From Candidatus Latescibacterota bacterium (GTDB lineage Bacteria > Latescibacterota > UBA2968 > UBA8231): 64,000 nucleotides of DNA. The DNA lies in NCBI GenBank assembly GCA_965200315.1, contig OZ241362.1, forward strand, positions 3,200,001 through 3,264,000, written 5' to 3'. The position numbers were made by a program, and so were the translations under genes. Positions 9,785 to 20,690 of this stretch are shown piece after piece. The notes under the pieces were generated by a model that had not been told where the DNA came from, did not search any database, and saw only the letters and a list, made by a program, of their open reading frames with translations. Position 1 is the first letter of the stretch. Each line of letters starts with the position of its first letter.

Positions 9785-12700
9785 CGAAATTCTCGCTTCA
9801 GGCCAATGCCTAGCCCATAGCTATCGTACTTGCTTTGCGCCGAGCCGACGATGGTCAGAAAGGATTTGATTTTGTGCTCGACTCGCACCTCGCCCCAAGC
9901 CATCTCTTTTAGTAGGGCCTCGTAGCGCACCCAGAGGGGCAGGGGCAACCAACCGAGGTATTTGCCCGCACGCAGGGCGACCCCAGGCTCGGCCCCGGCG
10001 ATCTCACTCGACGGCAAGACCGTGAATTCATCAAGCCCCACCTCCTTCTCGACCTGCTTGCTCAAGAGTTGGCCGGCGGCCGTTACGGCCGCGTCGTAGT
10101 CGAGGTTAGCCACGTCGAGGTCAGCCATATTAAAGACCAGCAGGTTGACGATGCTCAAATAACCTTCTACCGGGTCCGCGTCCGGGTCTTCCGAGTCCGC
10201 CTCAAAATCCGGCACAATTTTCTGAGCCGACCCTTTTAGCGTCAGGGTCACGTCGTACTCATAGTCGCTCTTAATGTTGCGGATGTTCTCGACCTTAGCC
10301 TCTAAATCGAGTGTGGGATTCAGTTCAAGGGGGTCGTACATCACGTCGAGGATGGACTTAGTCGGTGCTAGGCGGTTGAAGACGACGCGCCCCTGTGTAA
10401 TGTTGAACTCCTGATTGAGTACGAAGACTTGCCCTTCGTCTATTGTGATGTCGCCTTGGAAGAGCGGCTTGTAGAAGGTGCCGCCGATCTCGACCGCGCC
10501 CGATGCCTCGACCTCGGCTAGCTCGCTGTCGACGGCGAGGCCGCGGAGATCGACTTCGACGGCGAGGGCCATGTTCTCCAAAAAATCGTCGCGCAGTGCC
10601 GGCGGTGGCGGTGGCACGGGAAGCGCGAGGACCACGAGGCTTGCCTCGGATTTCGGCCGGTCGATGCGGACGCGCCCCGCCAACTTGGATGCGCTGAGCG
10701 AGCCGGCGAAAGATAGATCCATGTCGATGTCGTCCGCCCTAAAGGACTGCCCAACGTCTTCGTAGTAGGAGGTCATCCGCTCGGCTTGGAGCCGCAAGTC
10801 AAAGCTAGGGTCGTCGAGCCGCGCTAGGTCGAGCTGCCCGGTGAGCGACGCGCTGCGAAACCCCCGCTTAGGTTCTTTCTCGACGGAGAACCCTATCAGT
10901 TCGACCTGCCGGCCATTGAATTGCAACTGCCCGTCGGGTAGCGCGTAGATCGGCTCTAAGTCGAGCAGGGCAAATTCGAGACCTGCGACCCCTATTTGAC
11001 CTTGTAATGAGAGCGTTGAGTCCAAGCCCTCGGCCCGGAGATCCGCGCTAATCCGTCCGTCGAGATGGTCCAGTTCGGCTATGAGGTCGCCGAGGAAGAG
11101 GAGGCCGATGCCGTCGGAACGCGCTTCGAGCCAGCTCTCGTCTAATGAGAGTTCACCGGCCTGTAAATCCCAAGGTACGCGACCGGTCACTATGAGGCTG
11201 TCGTCGGGCGAAGTCGTCCAGTTCAAATGCCAATCGCCGCCGTGGCGGTCGCCGCCGAGTTGGCCACGAAGCTTGCCTAAGTCCGCGGATTCCACGGCCA
11301 GATCAGCGGCAACTTGAGGAGCGGATACCGTGCCGCTGACTTCGGCGTCGAGTTGGACCAGCCCCGTGGGGCCGCCGAAGAAAGCCAAGTCCACGTCTTC
11401 GAGGGCCAGCTCAATTTTCGAGGGCTTGGTGTCCACTAGTTGGCCCGTCAACCGCAGAGTGCCAGCCGGCTGCAGGGCGAGACGGTCGCGGTCGTAGTGC
11501 TGCAAGCCAATCGCCACGGAGTCCAAGACCACGCGCCCCTCGCCGAAAGAGAAATGCCCTCCAGACAGGAGGTTCAGCCGCAGCGAGTCGGCTGAAGCTT
11601 GGCTCTCGATGGCCAAGCCTTGCAAGTCGATCTGCCCGGACAAGTCCGGCCAGCTCGGCATGGAATCCCCTAAAGCCACCTCTAAGTGCCCATCGAGGTC
11701 GAGCCATCCGTGTAGCGGGCGTCCCAAAGCATAACTGAGCAACGGCCCCAAGTCGGCTGCCTTCGCTTCGATTGCGAGTTGAGCGGGAGCTGCCCCCGGC
11801 CCGAAGAGCGGCGCGGCTGGGCAGGAAAGCGTGAGGCGTACGCCGGCATCGGCGCTGAACTCGGCCATGAGCGAGCGGTCTGTCGCCAGCCTTGGCGACA
11901 CATCCGCCAATGAGAGACGCAGCCGAGCATTGCCGAGAGCGAGGGTGTCGAGGCGCATCTCCGTCAGCGTCACCACGCCCTGTGCCTCTGGTCTTGCTAG
12001 AGTACCGCCGACTCGCAGATGCCCGCCGCCCGTTGCGCTGAGGGCGGACACAAAGTTGGATAGTTCAAGGGCGGATAACTCCGCCGCAACGGAGAGCGAA
12101 TCCCGCCCGACCCAACCCGAAAGGCCCACTAGGCCGAATGACGTTTGCAGATGTAGCGCCGTGAGGTCTAGGCGTTTGTCGTCATAGTTGGCTTGGAGGG
12201 AACCGCGATTTTGCAGCACCCATTCCCCCTGCCGCAGCCAGAGCGAGTCGAGGGAGAGGTTAGCTTGGACTGCGTCTAGGTTATCCAGCGGCCCCTCCCA
12301 GTGCAAAGTGCCGTCTAGTGAGGCCGCTGCGCCATCTACCCCTCGCAACAAGGTATCGGCAAAATCCGCTTGGGCCTTTAAGTGCCCGTCCGCGTCCAAT
12401 TTCGCTAGTAAGCTCACACCCGGTCCCCCACCGGATACCCGCGCCGCACCTTGGTCCCAGTCCACGTCCAGCGCGAGTTCGCCGGTCTGCCATCCCGCGT
12501 ACTCTAGCGGCATGGTCGCAACGCGCCCGGCCAACCGGAGCTCGTCGAGCGCCCGCCCGCCCGCCCCGCGCAAATCCGCGTCGAGCTGCCCGCTCAACCC
12601 GGGCATGACCCGCTCTACTGCCAGTCCGTTCACAGCCGCCACCAGCGTATCGACTTCGCTGCGCTCTAGGTCAATGTCTGCCCGCGCTACTAGGAGATCG

Positions 12701-14082
12701 CGTTCTAAGCGCAAATCCGCCGCGAGGTAGCGGTTGGCGTACAGGTATAGATCCGCGGTGAGCGGACCGAATTCCTCGCCCAATTCGCCGGGGAGATGGT
12801 TGGTCGTCAGCCGCAACGCTAGGGTATCGAGCTTAGCCTGCCCGGCGATGGCTATGGGCGCGGCACCGCGCAAAAAGGACGCCGCTTGCAACGCGCCCTT
12901 TAGCGCGAGGTCGTAGTCGCCCGCTAAGCTAGAAGAGCCGGTGGCCACCAACTCCAGCAAGGGCGATTGCAGGTTGATACGAGTCGCTCCATCGGGTCGA
13001 TGCCAACCCGTTATCTCGGCGTCGAACCGCCGGTCGGGAATTAGGTCCACATCGCGCAGAAGGGCGGCAAAATCCGCTGCATAGCGCCGGTGCTGCAAAT
13101 GTACTCCAGCCGCTAGCTCAAATTCCGCCCGCCCCGCAAAGGGAGCCGCGAGCGCAAGGTCAAATCCCTCGCCCCGCAGTTGGGTCTGCAAGCTGTCGCG
13201 GGTAAAGAAATAAGTCGCCTCGCCCGTCAGGGTGCCGTCGAATAAAGAGACGAGTAGAGAATCCAACACTAGGCGCGTGCCGTTGGTGCGCATATCCCCT
13301 CGCAGCTCCACAGCCGAGACCGCCGGCGCGCTTCCCTTGCCCCTGAGCGTCCCGTGTAGTTGCAACGGCGTCACCGCCCCAACGATCTCCGCTGCTAGGG
13401 AACCCCGCACGGAATCGGTCTCCACCGTCGCCGTGGCGTCCATTTGTAAAGGCCGCGGCAACTTCAGCCCCAAGGCAAACGAAGCCTGCAGTGCGGCCCT
13501 GAGACTGTCGCTAGCGCCCACGGCCCGGAGCTCTCCGCGGTCAATGCGGTGCGGACTGAGCGCGAGCTCCAGAGTTAGCGAGCGCAGCGGCACACCCTGT
13601 AAGTCGGACAAGGTCAGGTCTAAGTGTCCTGAGGTGTCTGCTGCTAAGCGATATGCGCCGCGCCAGTCCTGCGCTCCGATCCGCGTCGCGCCTAACTGCC
13701 AATCGAGTGTACCGGCTTGCACGTTGAGGTTGGGGAAGAAGGCGAGGGGCAGCTCTATGTCTATGGCTGCGGTAGTTGAATCGGCCCCGGTGCCTGACTC
13801 GATACGCACCTTGGGTGCCTGTATGTCGACTGCCCAAGACCACGGCCACACAGCGATGTGCTCGGCATTGATGGTCACCCCTAGGGCGGGGTTTTTGCAG
13901 TACACGTCGGAAAAGGAAAACGCGTAGAGCAAGCCTCCCCGGCGACTGCCGATGGAGACCTGCCATCCCCCAACTCCGCGCTCTAGCAGGTGCGCGAGTG
14001 CGGCAGGCCCTATGGGCGTGACCGCGACGAGGACGAGGACGGCACCCAAAACGGCCACCGCCCCGAGCAGTTTCCTCTTCAT
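9781..14082 (-). CDS. Translocation/assembly module TamB-domain protein
   Basis: 1433 aa, N-terminal TM anchor, beta-rich body, DUF490-like C-terminus, adjacent to an Omp85 gene. Confidence 0.82.
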   Translation of the reverse strand: MKRKLLGAVAVLGAVLVLVAVTPIGPAALAHLLERGVGGWQVSIGSRRGGLLYAFSFSDVYCKNPALGVTINAEHIAVWPWSWAVDIQAPKVRIESGTGADSTTAAIDIELPLAFFPNLNVQAGTLDWQLGATRIGAQDWRGAYRLAADTSGHLDLTLSDLQGVPLRSLTLELALSPHRIDRGELRAVGASDSLRAALQASFALGLKLPRPLQMDATATVETDSVRGSLAAEIVGAVTPLQLHGTLRGKGSAPAVSAVELRGDMRTNGTRLVLDSLLVSLFDGTLTGEATYFFTRDSLQTQLRGEGFDLALAAPFAGRAEFELAAGVHLQHRRYAADFAALLRDVDLIPDRRFDAEITGWHRPDGATRINLQSPLLELVATGSSSLAGDYDLALKGALQAASFLRGAAPIAIAGQAKLDTLALRLTTNHLPGELGEEFGPLTADLYLYANRYLAADLRLERDLLVARADIDLERSEVDTLVAAVNGLAVERVMPGLSGQLDADLRGAGGRALDELRLAGRVATMPLEYAGWQTGELALDVDWDQGAARVSGGGPGVSLLAKLDADGHLKAQADFADTLLRGVDGAAASLDGTLHWEGPLDNLDAVQANLSLDSLWLRQGEWVLQNRGSLQANYDDKRLDLTALHLQTSFGLVGLSGWVGRDSLSVAAELSALELSNFVSALSATGGGHLRVGGTLARPEAQGVVTLTEMRLDTLALGNARLRLSLADVSPRLATDRSLMAEFSADAGVRLTLSCPAAPLFGPGAAPAQLAIEAKAADLGPLLSYALGRPLHGWLDLDGHLEVALGDSMPSWPDLSGQIDLQGLAIESQASADSLRLNLLSGGHFSFGEGRVVLDSVAIGLQHYDRDRLALQPAGTLRLTGQLVDTKPSKIELALEDVDLAFFGGPTGLVQLDAEVSGTVSAPQVAADLAVESADLGKLRGQLGGDRHGGDWHLNWTTSPDDSLIVTGRVPWDLQAGELSLDESWLEARSDGIGLLFLGDLIAELDHLDGRISADLRAEGLDSTLSLQGQIGVAGLEFALLDLEPIYALPDGQLQFNGRQVELIGFSVEKEPKRGFRSASLTGQLDLARLDDPSFDLRLQAERMTSYYEDVGQSFRADDIDMDLSFAGSLSASKLAGRVRIDRPKSEASLVVLALPVPPPPPALRDDFLENMALAVEVDLRGLAVDSELAEVEASGAVEIGGTFYKPLFQGDITIDEGQVFVLNQEFNITQGRVVFNRLAPTKSILDVMYDPLELNPTLDLEAKVENIRNIKSDYEYDVTLTLKGSAQKIVPDFEADSEDPDADPVEGYLSIVNLLVFNMADLDVANLDYDAAVTAAGQLLSKQVEKEVGLDEFTVLPSSEIAGAEPGVALRAGKYLGWLPLPLWVRYEALLKEMAWGEVRVEHKIKSFLTIVGSAQSKYDSYGLGIGLKREFR

Positions 14083-14909
14083 TCGGATTCGAGGCGAGTC
14101 AGAGCCTTAGACACGTGGAAAAGCGAGTCGGGCAACGGCGCGTACGCCATGGTCTTGATCTCGCGGTCTAAGCGGAATACTTGGCTGGACTTCTCTTTTT
14201 CCGGCAGCTTGACTGAGGCCGTCAAGGTCGAGCGCAGCGCAAAGCCTTTGAGTTCCTCGGCGTTCTCTAGCTCGTCACTTAGAGCTTCGTGGTCGTCTAG
14301 CCCTTCCAGACCTCCGCCGATTAGCGACGGATAGGACGTGCTAGCGTCCTGCAAGGCCATAAACGCTGTGATCTCCTGAAAGCCGGGGAAATCCTTGGCG
14401 ATGCAGGCATCGTACGTGTAGCGGTTTTCGCGGCGGAGCTCTTGGGTGTTGGGGTCGAGGTAGCGGGCGCGCATTTGCGCGACGACCCGCTGGCAGGGAA
14501 TGCCAGCGATGCGCTCTGTTTCTTCCGGCACCTTGACCGCAAGAGCTCTCTGTGGCCCGCCGGGAGTGGCTGCCGGCTTGGCCGCGGCCTTGCGCGCCGG
14601 AGGGGCTTTCTGCTGGACGAAGGTCTGTGCCGCGAGGTCGATTTCGTACACTTGCGCTTGGTCCAGCCGCAAGATAGTGCTGGTATTGAGGGACTGGCCC
14701 TGCCGTCGGAGGGCCTTGGCCGTTTTCGCGTCGGTCTCAATCTGCTGCTCGACCCGCTGGCTCTTGCCCTTAATGTAAATTTTGTGGGTCGTTTTGCGCG
14801 CTCCGGTTTTGTCTTTGCCAAATCCCCGATTGACTACCTCTTCCTCGAAGTACACATCGGCACCAGCGCTCGCGGCACTGACGAGCAATGCACATAAGAA
14901 TAAAATCAT
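14079..14909 (-). CDS. Secreted hypothetical protein (DUF4412-like)
   Basis: Signal peptide; ERIAGIPC and LPDSLF motifs; overlaps the tamB start. Confidence 0.6.
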   Translation of the reverse strand: MILFLCALLVSAASAGADVYFEEEVVNRGFGKDKTGARKTTHKIYIKGKSQRVEQQIETDAKTAKALRRQGQSLNTSTILRLDQAQVYEIDLAAQTFVQQKAPPARKAAAKPAATPGGPQRALAVKVPEETERIAGIPCQRVVAQMRARYLDPNTQELRRENRYTYDACIAKDFPGFQEITAFMALQDASTSYPSLIGGGLEGLDDHEALSDELENAEELKGFALRSTLTASVKLPEKEKSSQVFRLDREIKTMAYAPLPDSLFHVSKALTRLESE

Positions 14910-14975
14910 GCTCGCACTCTCCTCGTGTATGGAAATGGAATAATAATATAGAAACGCAGTTGCTGGCTCATAAAC

Positions 14976-15008
14976 AAAAGGCCCCTGCCCACAAGGGCGA
15001 GGGGCCTT
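14976..15008 (-). terminator. Intrinsic terminator
   Basis: AAGGCCCCT...AGGGGCCTT hairpin with T-tract on the minus strand after the Zn peptidase. Confidence 0.75.
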
Positions 15009-15031
15009 GAAACTTCTTGTTGCGCCTGCTG

Positions 15032-15706
15032 TTATTCGTCTGAGCCGCGCATGAGCAAAAGACCCACTAGGTTTAGCACGGCGGTCGCGGCGGCGGCCAC
15101 ATAGGTCATGGCCGCGGCGTTGAGCACCCGCCGAGCCGAGCGCACCTCGTCGTTGGCTAGGTAGCCCTGCGAGAGAATGGCCATGGCCCGCGAGCTGGCG
15201 TTGAACTCCACCGGCAGGGTGACGATTTGGAACAAGACTGCGCCAGCGAAGAACATGATGCCGATATTCATCAGGCCGGCGGTCCCGAAGAACATCCCCG
15301 CTAGAATCAGGGGAAGGCCCAGCGTCGAGCCCAAGTTGGCGACGGGCAGGATCGCGTGCCGAAAGTTGAGCGGCGCGTAGCCGCGGGCGTGTTGGATCGC
15401 GTGGCCGACCTCGTGCGCCGCCACGGCCAAGCCGGCTAGATGGTGTCCGTGGAAGTTGTCCGAAGAGAGGCGCACGGCTTTGGCGCGGGGATCGTAGTGA
15501 TCGGAAAGCATCCCGCCCGTTTCTTCGACCGACACGTCGTAAATGCGTTGCTGATGCAGGATGCGTCGTGCGGTCTCAGCACCCGAAAGCTGCGCGGCCG
15601 AAGCCACTTGGCTGTACTTGTTGAAGGCGCTGCGGACCCGCATCTGGGCCCAAGCGACCAAGATTATCGGCAGAATTAAAAACGGGTTCAAAAGAAACGA
15701 AAACAT
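15032..15706 (-). CDS. Membrane zinc metallopeptidase (YugP family)
   Basis: LSDHYDP, AHEVGHAIQH, TLPVEFNASSRA, AAAMTYVAA. Confidence 0.95.
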   Translation of the reverse strand: MFSFLLNPFLILPIILVAWAQMRVRSAFNKYSQVASAAQLSGAETARRILHQQRIYDVSVEETGGMLSDHYDPRAKAVRLSSDNFHGHHLAGLAVAAHEVGHAIQHARGYAPLNFRHAILPVANLGSTLGLPLILAGMFFGTAGLMNIGIMFFAGAVLFQIVTLPVEFNASSRAMAILSQGYLANDEVRSARRVLNAAAMTYVAAAATAVLNLVGLLLMRGSDE

Positions 15707-15811
15707 CTCCTCATCTCCTCAGTATGCGACGGGCTTCTATTGGAACACTAAATGAACGATCTAAGTTTCTAGCAGAATAACGAAAGCACCTGAAAATCGC
15801 AAGAAAAGGGT

Positions 15812-16477
15812 TTATACTTTCTCTTCAGCTTCAGCAAGGAGAGCAAGAGCCGGGGGCACGACGACGCCGGCCGAGACGATCATTTTCAGAGCTTCCTCAA
15901 CGCCGAGGTCGGTGGGACGCAATTGTTCGGGCGGCACGATGAGCATAAAGCCGGTCGTGGGGTTAGGAGCTGTGGGCACGAAAATGCTGTGCGCCGGTGC
16001 TATTTCGTCCTCGCGGGGGACGTTGCCGGCCAAAAAGCCCAAGGTCCACATCCCGATGCGCGGATATTCGACGAGTACGACTTTCTCGAAGCCGGCCTTG
16101 CCCGGGGAGGTCAGCGACTCCATGAGCTGCTGTATGGGCGCGTAGATCGTGCGCACCAACGGCAGGCCCTCTAGCGCTTCGCGCGCGAATTGCCACAGGC
16201 TGCGGCCAACCACGTTGGTGGCGAGCGCACCGACGATCCACAGAATGATAAAGGTCAGCACAAAGCCCAAGCCGGGAATGTGGAAGTCGGGATCGTCGAC
16301 GAACGGTCTAGCCATTTGGCTAATCAACGGCGCGGAGAAGCCGTCGGCCCAGTCGAACAGGAACTTGAGGACCCAGCCGGTAAGCCACAGGGGCACGATG
16401 ATCGTCAGGCCGGCCATTATCGTGCGCCGAAGCCGCTGTAGCCGAGTGGGGCTTTTGCGCGGAGGTGTTTCATTCAT
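15812..16477 (-). CDS. DUF502 membrane protein
   Basis: VVLVEYPRIG, FVPTAPNPTTGF, EALKMIVSAG; start chosen at MNETPP. Confidence 0.9.
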   Translation of the reverse strand: MNETPPRKSPTRLQRLRRTIMAGLTIIVPLWLTGWVLKFLFDWADGFSAPLISQMARPFVDDPDFHIPGLGFVLTFIILWIVGALATNVVGRSLWQFAREALEGLPLVRTIYAPIQQLMESLTSPGKAGFEKVVLVEYPRIGMWTLGFLAGNVPREDEIAPAHSIFVPTAPNPTTGFMLIVPPEQLRPTDLGVEEALKMIVSAGVVVPPALALLAEAEEKV

Positions 16478-16504
16478 GTCGTAAATTGCCTTATATACAT
16501 ACAC

Positions 16505-16548
16505 ATTGACATTTTTTGAATATCCAATTGGTCAAAAATACTGTCAAT
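16505..16548. promoter_or_regulatory. Inverted repeat holding opposed TTGACA boxes in the divergent DUF502/queC intergenic region
   Basis: ATTGACATTTTTTGA...TCAAAAATACTGTCAAT. Confidence 0.45.
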
Positions 16549-16609
16549 ACAAAGGATGCGCCCGTGCACAGGCTTACGCTTTTTGCGCGGTAGCTTATTT
16601 TATTTCTGT

Positions 16610-17293
16610 ATGACGGCTATTTTATTCAGCGGCGGCATGGACTCGACCATCTTGCTGTGGTGGCTAAAAGCGCGGCAACAAGGTCCCATCCACGCCATCA
16701 GCATTGACTACGGCCAGCGGCACCGCGTTGAGCTGGAATACGCCGCCCGCCTCGCTCGTCGCGCTGAGGTCGCGGTCCACGAGACGCTGTCGTTGGACTT
16801 GGCGGTTCTAGAGGGCAATCCGCTGACCGATCCCAAGCTGGACGTGCCCACCGCTGAGTCCAAACGCCAACGCGATACCGTGGTTCCCTTCCGCAACATG
16901 CTCTTTGCGACGCTCGCAGCGGCGTACTGCGCAACAAAGGGCATCACTGATTTGTATATGGCGCCGGTTAAAGACGACTACACGGCCTATCGCGACTGCC
17001 GTCGTCCTTTTTACGACAGCCTCTCACAGACCCTGCGCTTGGGGGCGGCCCACGACGCGCCTTGGACGATCCATACGCCCTTTGTCAAGCTGTGGAAGCG
17101 GGACATCGTGGCCCTCGGGATCAAACTCGGCGTTCCCTACGAAGAGACCCACACCTGCTATGAGGGCTTGCGGCCGGCCTGCGGCTTGTGCGACGCCTGC
17201 TGCGGGCGACTCGCAGCCTTTGCGGCAAACCGAGCCTGTGACACTCTGGCGTATGCCGCGGCTTCGACCAAAGCTCAGCCAACGGATGAGTAG
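16610..17293 (+). CDS. queC: 7-cyano-7-deazaguanine synthase
   Basis: SGGMDS, DYGQRH, VPFRN, DCR, TCY...CGLCDAC. Confidence 0.95.
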   Translation: MTAILFSGGMDSTILLWWLKARQQGPIHAISIDYGQRHRVELEYAARLARRAEVAVHETLSLDLAVLEGNPLTDPKLDVPTAESKRQRDTVVPFRNMLFATLAAAYCATKGITDLYMAPVKDDYTAYRDCRRPFYDSLSQTLRLGAAHDAPWTIHTPFVKLWKRDIVALGIKLGVPYEETHTCYEGLRPACGLCDACCGRLAAFAANRACDTLAYAAASTKAQPTDE

Positions 17294-17298
17294 AGGCC

Positions 17299-17934
17299 GT
17301 GACTGCTTATATGCCAGCCGAAAAGCGCACCGATTATCTGCCGGTGTGGAACGATTCGGGGCGCGTCCTACAGATCAACGAGATTTTCTACTCGATTGAA
17401 GGCGAGGGCCTGCGCGTCGGCGAGCCTACCACCTTTGTGCGCTTGGCGCGCTGCAATCTGCGCTGCCCGTTCTGCGACACCGAGTTTGACCGCTTCACGC
17501 CCATGGACATCGAGGACATTGCCGCGGAGGTAGCGCGCCACCCGGCCGAATGGGTGTGCTTGACTGGCGGCGAGCCTTTGGGCCAAAATCTCGCGGCGCT
17601 GGCTGGCCGGCTCAAAGAAGCGGGCTACAAGCTCCACATTGAGACCAACGGCACGATCGCGCCCGATCCGGTGCTATTCGAGCTGATTGACCACTGGACT
17701 GTGTCGCCGAAGTGCTACCCGGTCGTCGCTGGTTTTGCGCGCATTACCGAGCTCAAATACGTAGTCGGCCGGGCTTTTCGCGAGGAGCGTGTCGAGGAGC
17801 ACTGCGCCGACTTCGTCTATTTGCAGCCCGAATCCTCCGAGCCGTGCTACATACAGAAGGCCCTTGAGATACTCAAGCGCCATCCGCGCTGGCGCCTCTC
17901 CACGCGCATTCACAAGACGCTCGGCCTGCCTTGA
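17299..17934 (+). CDS. queE: 7-carboxy-7-deazaguanine synthase (radical SAM)
   Basis: EIFYSIEGEG, CNLRCPFCDT, TGGEP, ETNG, VSPK. Confidence 0.95.
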   Translation: MTAYMPAEKRTDYLPVWNDSGRVLQINEIFYSIEGEGLRVGEPTTFVRLARCNLRCPFCDTEFDRFTPMDIEDIAAEVARHPAEWVCLTGGEPLGQNLAALAGRLKEAGYKLHIETNGTIAPDPVLFELIDHWTVSPKCYPVVAGFARITELKYVVGRAFREERVEEHCADFVYLQPESSEPCYIQKALEILKRHPRWRLSTRIHKTLGLP

Positions 17935-17941
17935 GCAAACG

Positions 17942-17965
17942 CGATCCGCAGATGGACGCAGAATA
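17942..17965 (+). repeat. Half copy of a CGCAGA-type intergenic repeat
   Basis: CGATCCGCAGATGGACGCAGAATA; related to 34883-34963 and 46031-46064. Confidence 0.6.
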
Positions 17966-18021
17966 CATAGCGCGAGTTTTTCAAGTCATTCACGATTGCT
18001 AAATGCTAAAAAGGAGATCCC

Positions 18022-18885
18022 ATGCCCGAAGTAGCCGAAATTTACAAGTTCGACGAGCTTACTTGGCCGGAAGTCAACCAAGCCGTGGCCATGGGCAAAA
18101 TTCCCATCATACCCACCGGCTCGGTTGAACAACACGGCCACCACCTCCCGCTCAAGGTGGATCACCTCTGCGCCAACGCAGTGGCGACGGAAGCCGCACG
18201 CCTAAAGCCCGAGATCGCCCTCGTCCTGCCGCCGGTGAGCTACGGCTATGTCCACCATGTGATGGACTTCCCGGGTTCGCTCAACATTCACTACGAGCAC
18301 TTCATTCAATACGTGCTCGACATCACCAAGAGCTTGGCCTATCACGGCTTCAAGAAGATGATCCTCGTCAACGGCCACGGCTCCAACCACAACCTCGTGG
18401 ACATGGTCGCTCGGCGCACGATCGTCGAGACCGACGCGAGTTGCACGTTTTGCTCGTGGTGGCACTTGCTCCGGGTCCATCCCGACTTCGACAAAGAGTG
18501 GCGCGAGAGCGTGTTCCCGGGCGGCTGCTCGCACGCGTGCGAGTTGGAGACTTCGATGCTGCTGTATCTCGCGCCGGAGAGCGTACGCCAGGACAAGATC
18601 AAGAGCGAGATCGCCAAGACGAACAAGCTCGGCTCCAAGTTCTTGTACACCGACCTATTTTCACACGGGCCGATGGGCTTGATCGAGTGGACGAGTCAGT
18701 ATTCGGATACTGGGGTGATGGGCGAGGCGGAGAAGGCCACGGCCGAAAAGGGCAAGATCGTCTTTGAGGAGGCGAGCCGGAACTTGGCCGAATTTGTCGA
18801 GGAATACCACGCGATGAAGATCGAGCCGCGCACTCGTCATCAGGACCAAGCGCCGACGTTTCCGCTGTCGTTTCCGACGGATTAG
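18022..18885 (+). CDS. Creatininase family amidohydrolase
   Basis: GSVEQHGHHLP, NGHGSN, HACELETS, GVMG...ATAEKG. Confidence 0.95.
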   Translation: MPEVAEIYKFDELTWPEVNQAVAMGKIPIIPTGSVEQHGHHLPLKVDHLCANAVATEAARLKPEIALVLPPVSYGYVHHVMDFPGSLNIHYEHFIQYVLDITKSLAYHGFKKMILVNGHGSNHNLVDMVARRTIVETDASCTFCSWWHLLRVHPDFDKEWRESVFPGGCSHACELETSMLLYLAPESVRQDKIKSEIAKTNKLGSKFLYTDLFSHGPMGLIEWTSQYSDTGVMGEAEKATAEKGKIVFEEASRNLAEFVEEYHAMKIEPRTRHQDQAPTFPLSFPTD

Positions 18886-18904
18886 AGTGCGGAAGGATTT
18901 GGCG

Positions 18905-19033
18905 ATGAAAAATGATCTGGTGATCGATAGGATACGAAAAGTCCGCCATAGCATATCGACGGAATGCGGACACGATCCTGAGAAGCTAGTTGAGTACAGA
19001 ACAGAATCTCAGGGAACATGGTATTACTTTTGA
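18905..19033 (+). pseudogene. Small hypothetical protein fragment running into brnT DNA
   Basis: MKNDLVIDRIRKVRHSISTECGHDPEKLVEY, then out of frame into brnT sequence. Confidence 0.45.
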
Positions 19034-19261
19034 ACGCGCTGCTACCGTTTTTCAGGATCCAAGAGCACTCTCCGGGTTCGACGAAGAACACAGTCAAGAT
19101 GAGGACCGATGGATCACTCTTGGTCTAGATCGGACAGGTAGCCTACTGGTCGTTTGTCATACGTATCGAGAAGAGACTGCCTCAAGCGACCGGATACGGC
19201 TGATCTCGGTACGTAAAGCAAACACGAATGAAACAATGAAACAGGAATATGATTTTTCTAA
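18990..19261 (+). pseudogene. Truncated BrnT toxin fused to the BrnA-like start MKQEYDFSK, cut by IS5
   Basis: NLREHGITFERAATVFQDP...HSQDEDRWITLG...IRLISVRKA; the usual N-terminal FEWD segment is absent. Confidence 0.8.
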
Positions 19262-20221
19262 GAAGCCGTCTGCAAACTATATTTTTTTCATTTGATGCGT
19301 TTGAGTAGCCAGTGGATCATGGCGATCTGAATCAAGGCTTCACTATGGTGGGTCAACACCTCATAATCTCTCGCATGCCGGCGAAAATGCGGCCGCCATA
19401 CGGCGGCCGGACTGATCATCAACCCCGCCAAGGGGCGCTCGACGACCCACCGGCGTGGTAACACCTCAAAGCCGCCGCCTTGTTTGGTGACGACTTCCCA
19501 GTCTATTTTGTGCGTCTTTTTTTGATTGGCCACCCACGTTCGGATGGCTTCGCCTTGGTAGCCGCCATCCGCCCATAGCTTCCGTAAGCGGGCCACGCCA
19601 GCGGCTCCTCAGCGGGTCAGCCCCTGCTTGAGGCCGTCGCGAGCATCCACGTCGGCGGCCGTGACCACCCCCTGTCTGAGTAAGCCCAACGTATCCACCA
19701 ACAGAGGCCGTTTGCGGCCTTTGATCTTTTTGCCGGCGTCATAACCAATGGCGTGGCCTTGGGTTGTGGTCTTAACCGTCTGACTGTCGACGAGGCCCGC
19801 CGACGGCCGCCCAGCCCGTCCGTTCCGGCGGCGCTCCTGCTGGGTACGCTGATCCAGCACCGGCGGCCAGACCCCTTGCAGGCTCCAACGACGAAAGTAA
19901 TCATACACCGTTTGCCACGGCCCAAAACAACCAGGCAACAAAGCCCAAGGACACCCCGTCTTGTTCAAATACAAAAGGCCGTTGACGATTTGGCGGCGAT
20001 CCCGCGGGGGCCGGCCCGGACCGTGAAGACGCCAGCGCGGCACCGGCCGCAACGGTGCGATCCGCCGCCATTGTGCATCGGTTCGATCGGTGGCATATGA
20101 CATAGGCGGCGTACTCAGCATACAAGCCTTTCTGTTCAGATTGTGTGGTGAACACCTGAATAGGGCTCGATGAGTACGCCGGTTCAAATAGCGGCTACAT
20201 TAAGGGTTTGCAGACGCCTTC
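19262..20221 (-). mobile_element. IS5-family element copy 1 (960 bp), transposase split by an in-frame TGA
   Basis: TIRs GAAGCCGTCTGCAAAC / GAAGGCGTCTGCAAAC; DSQTVK, YDAGKKIKGRKR, WADGGY, RWVVER motifs; ORFs 19609-20187 and 19288-19596 are in the same frame. Confidence 0.95.
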
Positions 20222-20690
20222 TCAAGTGCGTACTGTTTAATTTCGATAGATATCCACATACCGGCATCAATGAGTTGCTCAAGCAAGGGGGCGATCTTTG
20301 GAATTAAGTTCTGTTCTTTAGCACGCATCAAGATGCCAATGGTGCCTATAACGTGTAGCCCTAGTGCTTCAGCGGCATAGCGTGCGTCCAGATCATCTAG
20401 ATAATTTGGTCGGCCGATGTTTCTCTTGCCAATAGAATTGATGCACACTCACCAGCGCCCAAGGATTTTAACTCGAATGGAATGGAATGGCTATCAGGTT
20501 TTGCAATGGTGATCCAAGAATAGTCCGTTATGTTTGGAACTGAATACCCTGTTGATTTTCCCCGATTCAATTCTTGTTCAACAGCATCAGCGACTAGAAC
20601 TTCATCAAAGAGTGTCTGGAGAATATCCAATTGGCCAATGCGAAAAAGATACTGTAGTGCAGATGTATCAACCACGCATCTTTCCGGCAC
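20222..20690 (-). pseudogene. DUF3368 PIN-domain toxin, frameshifted and 3'-abutted by IS5
   Basis: VVDTSAL...LGAGE, then a frame change to LDDLDARYAAEALGLHVIGTIGIL. Confidence 0.85.

Noticed and set aside
16480-17934. preQ1 riboswitch or deazaguanine DNA-modification (dpd) system at queC-queE
   Set aside because: No recognisable preQ1 aptamer and no dpdA/tgt paralog nearby; ordinary queuosine synthesis is the simplest reading
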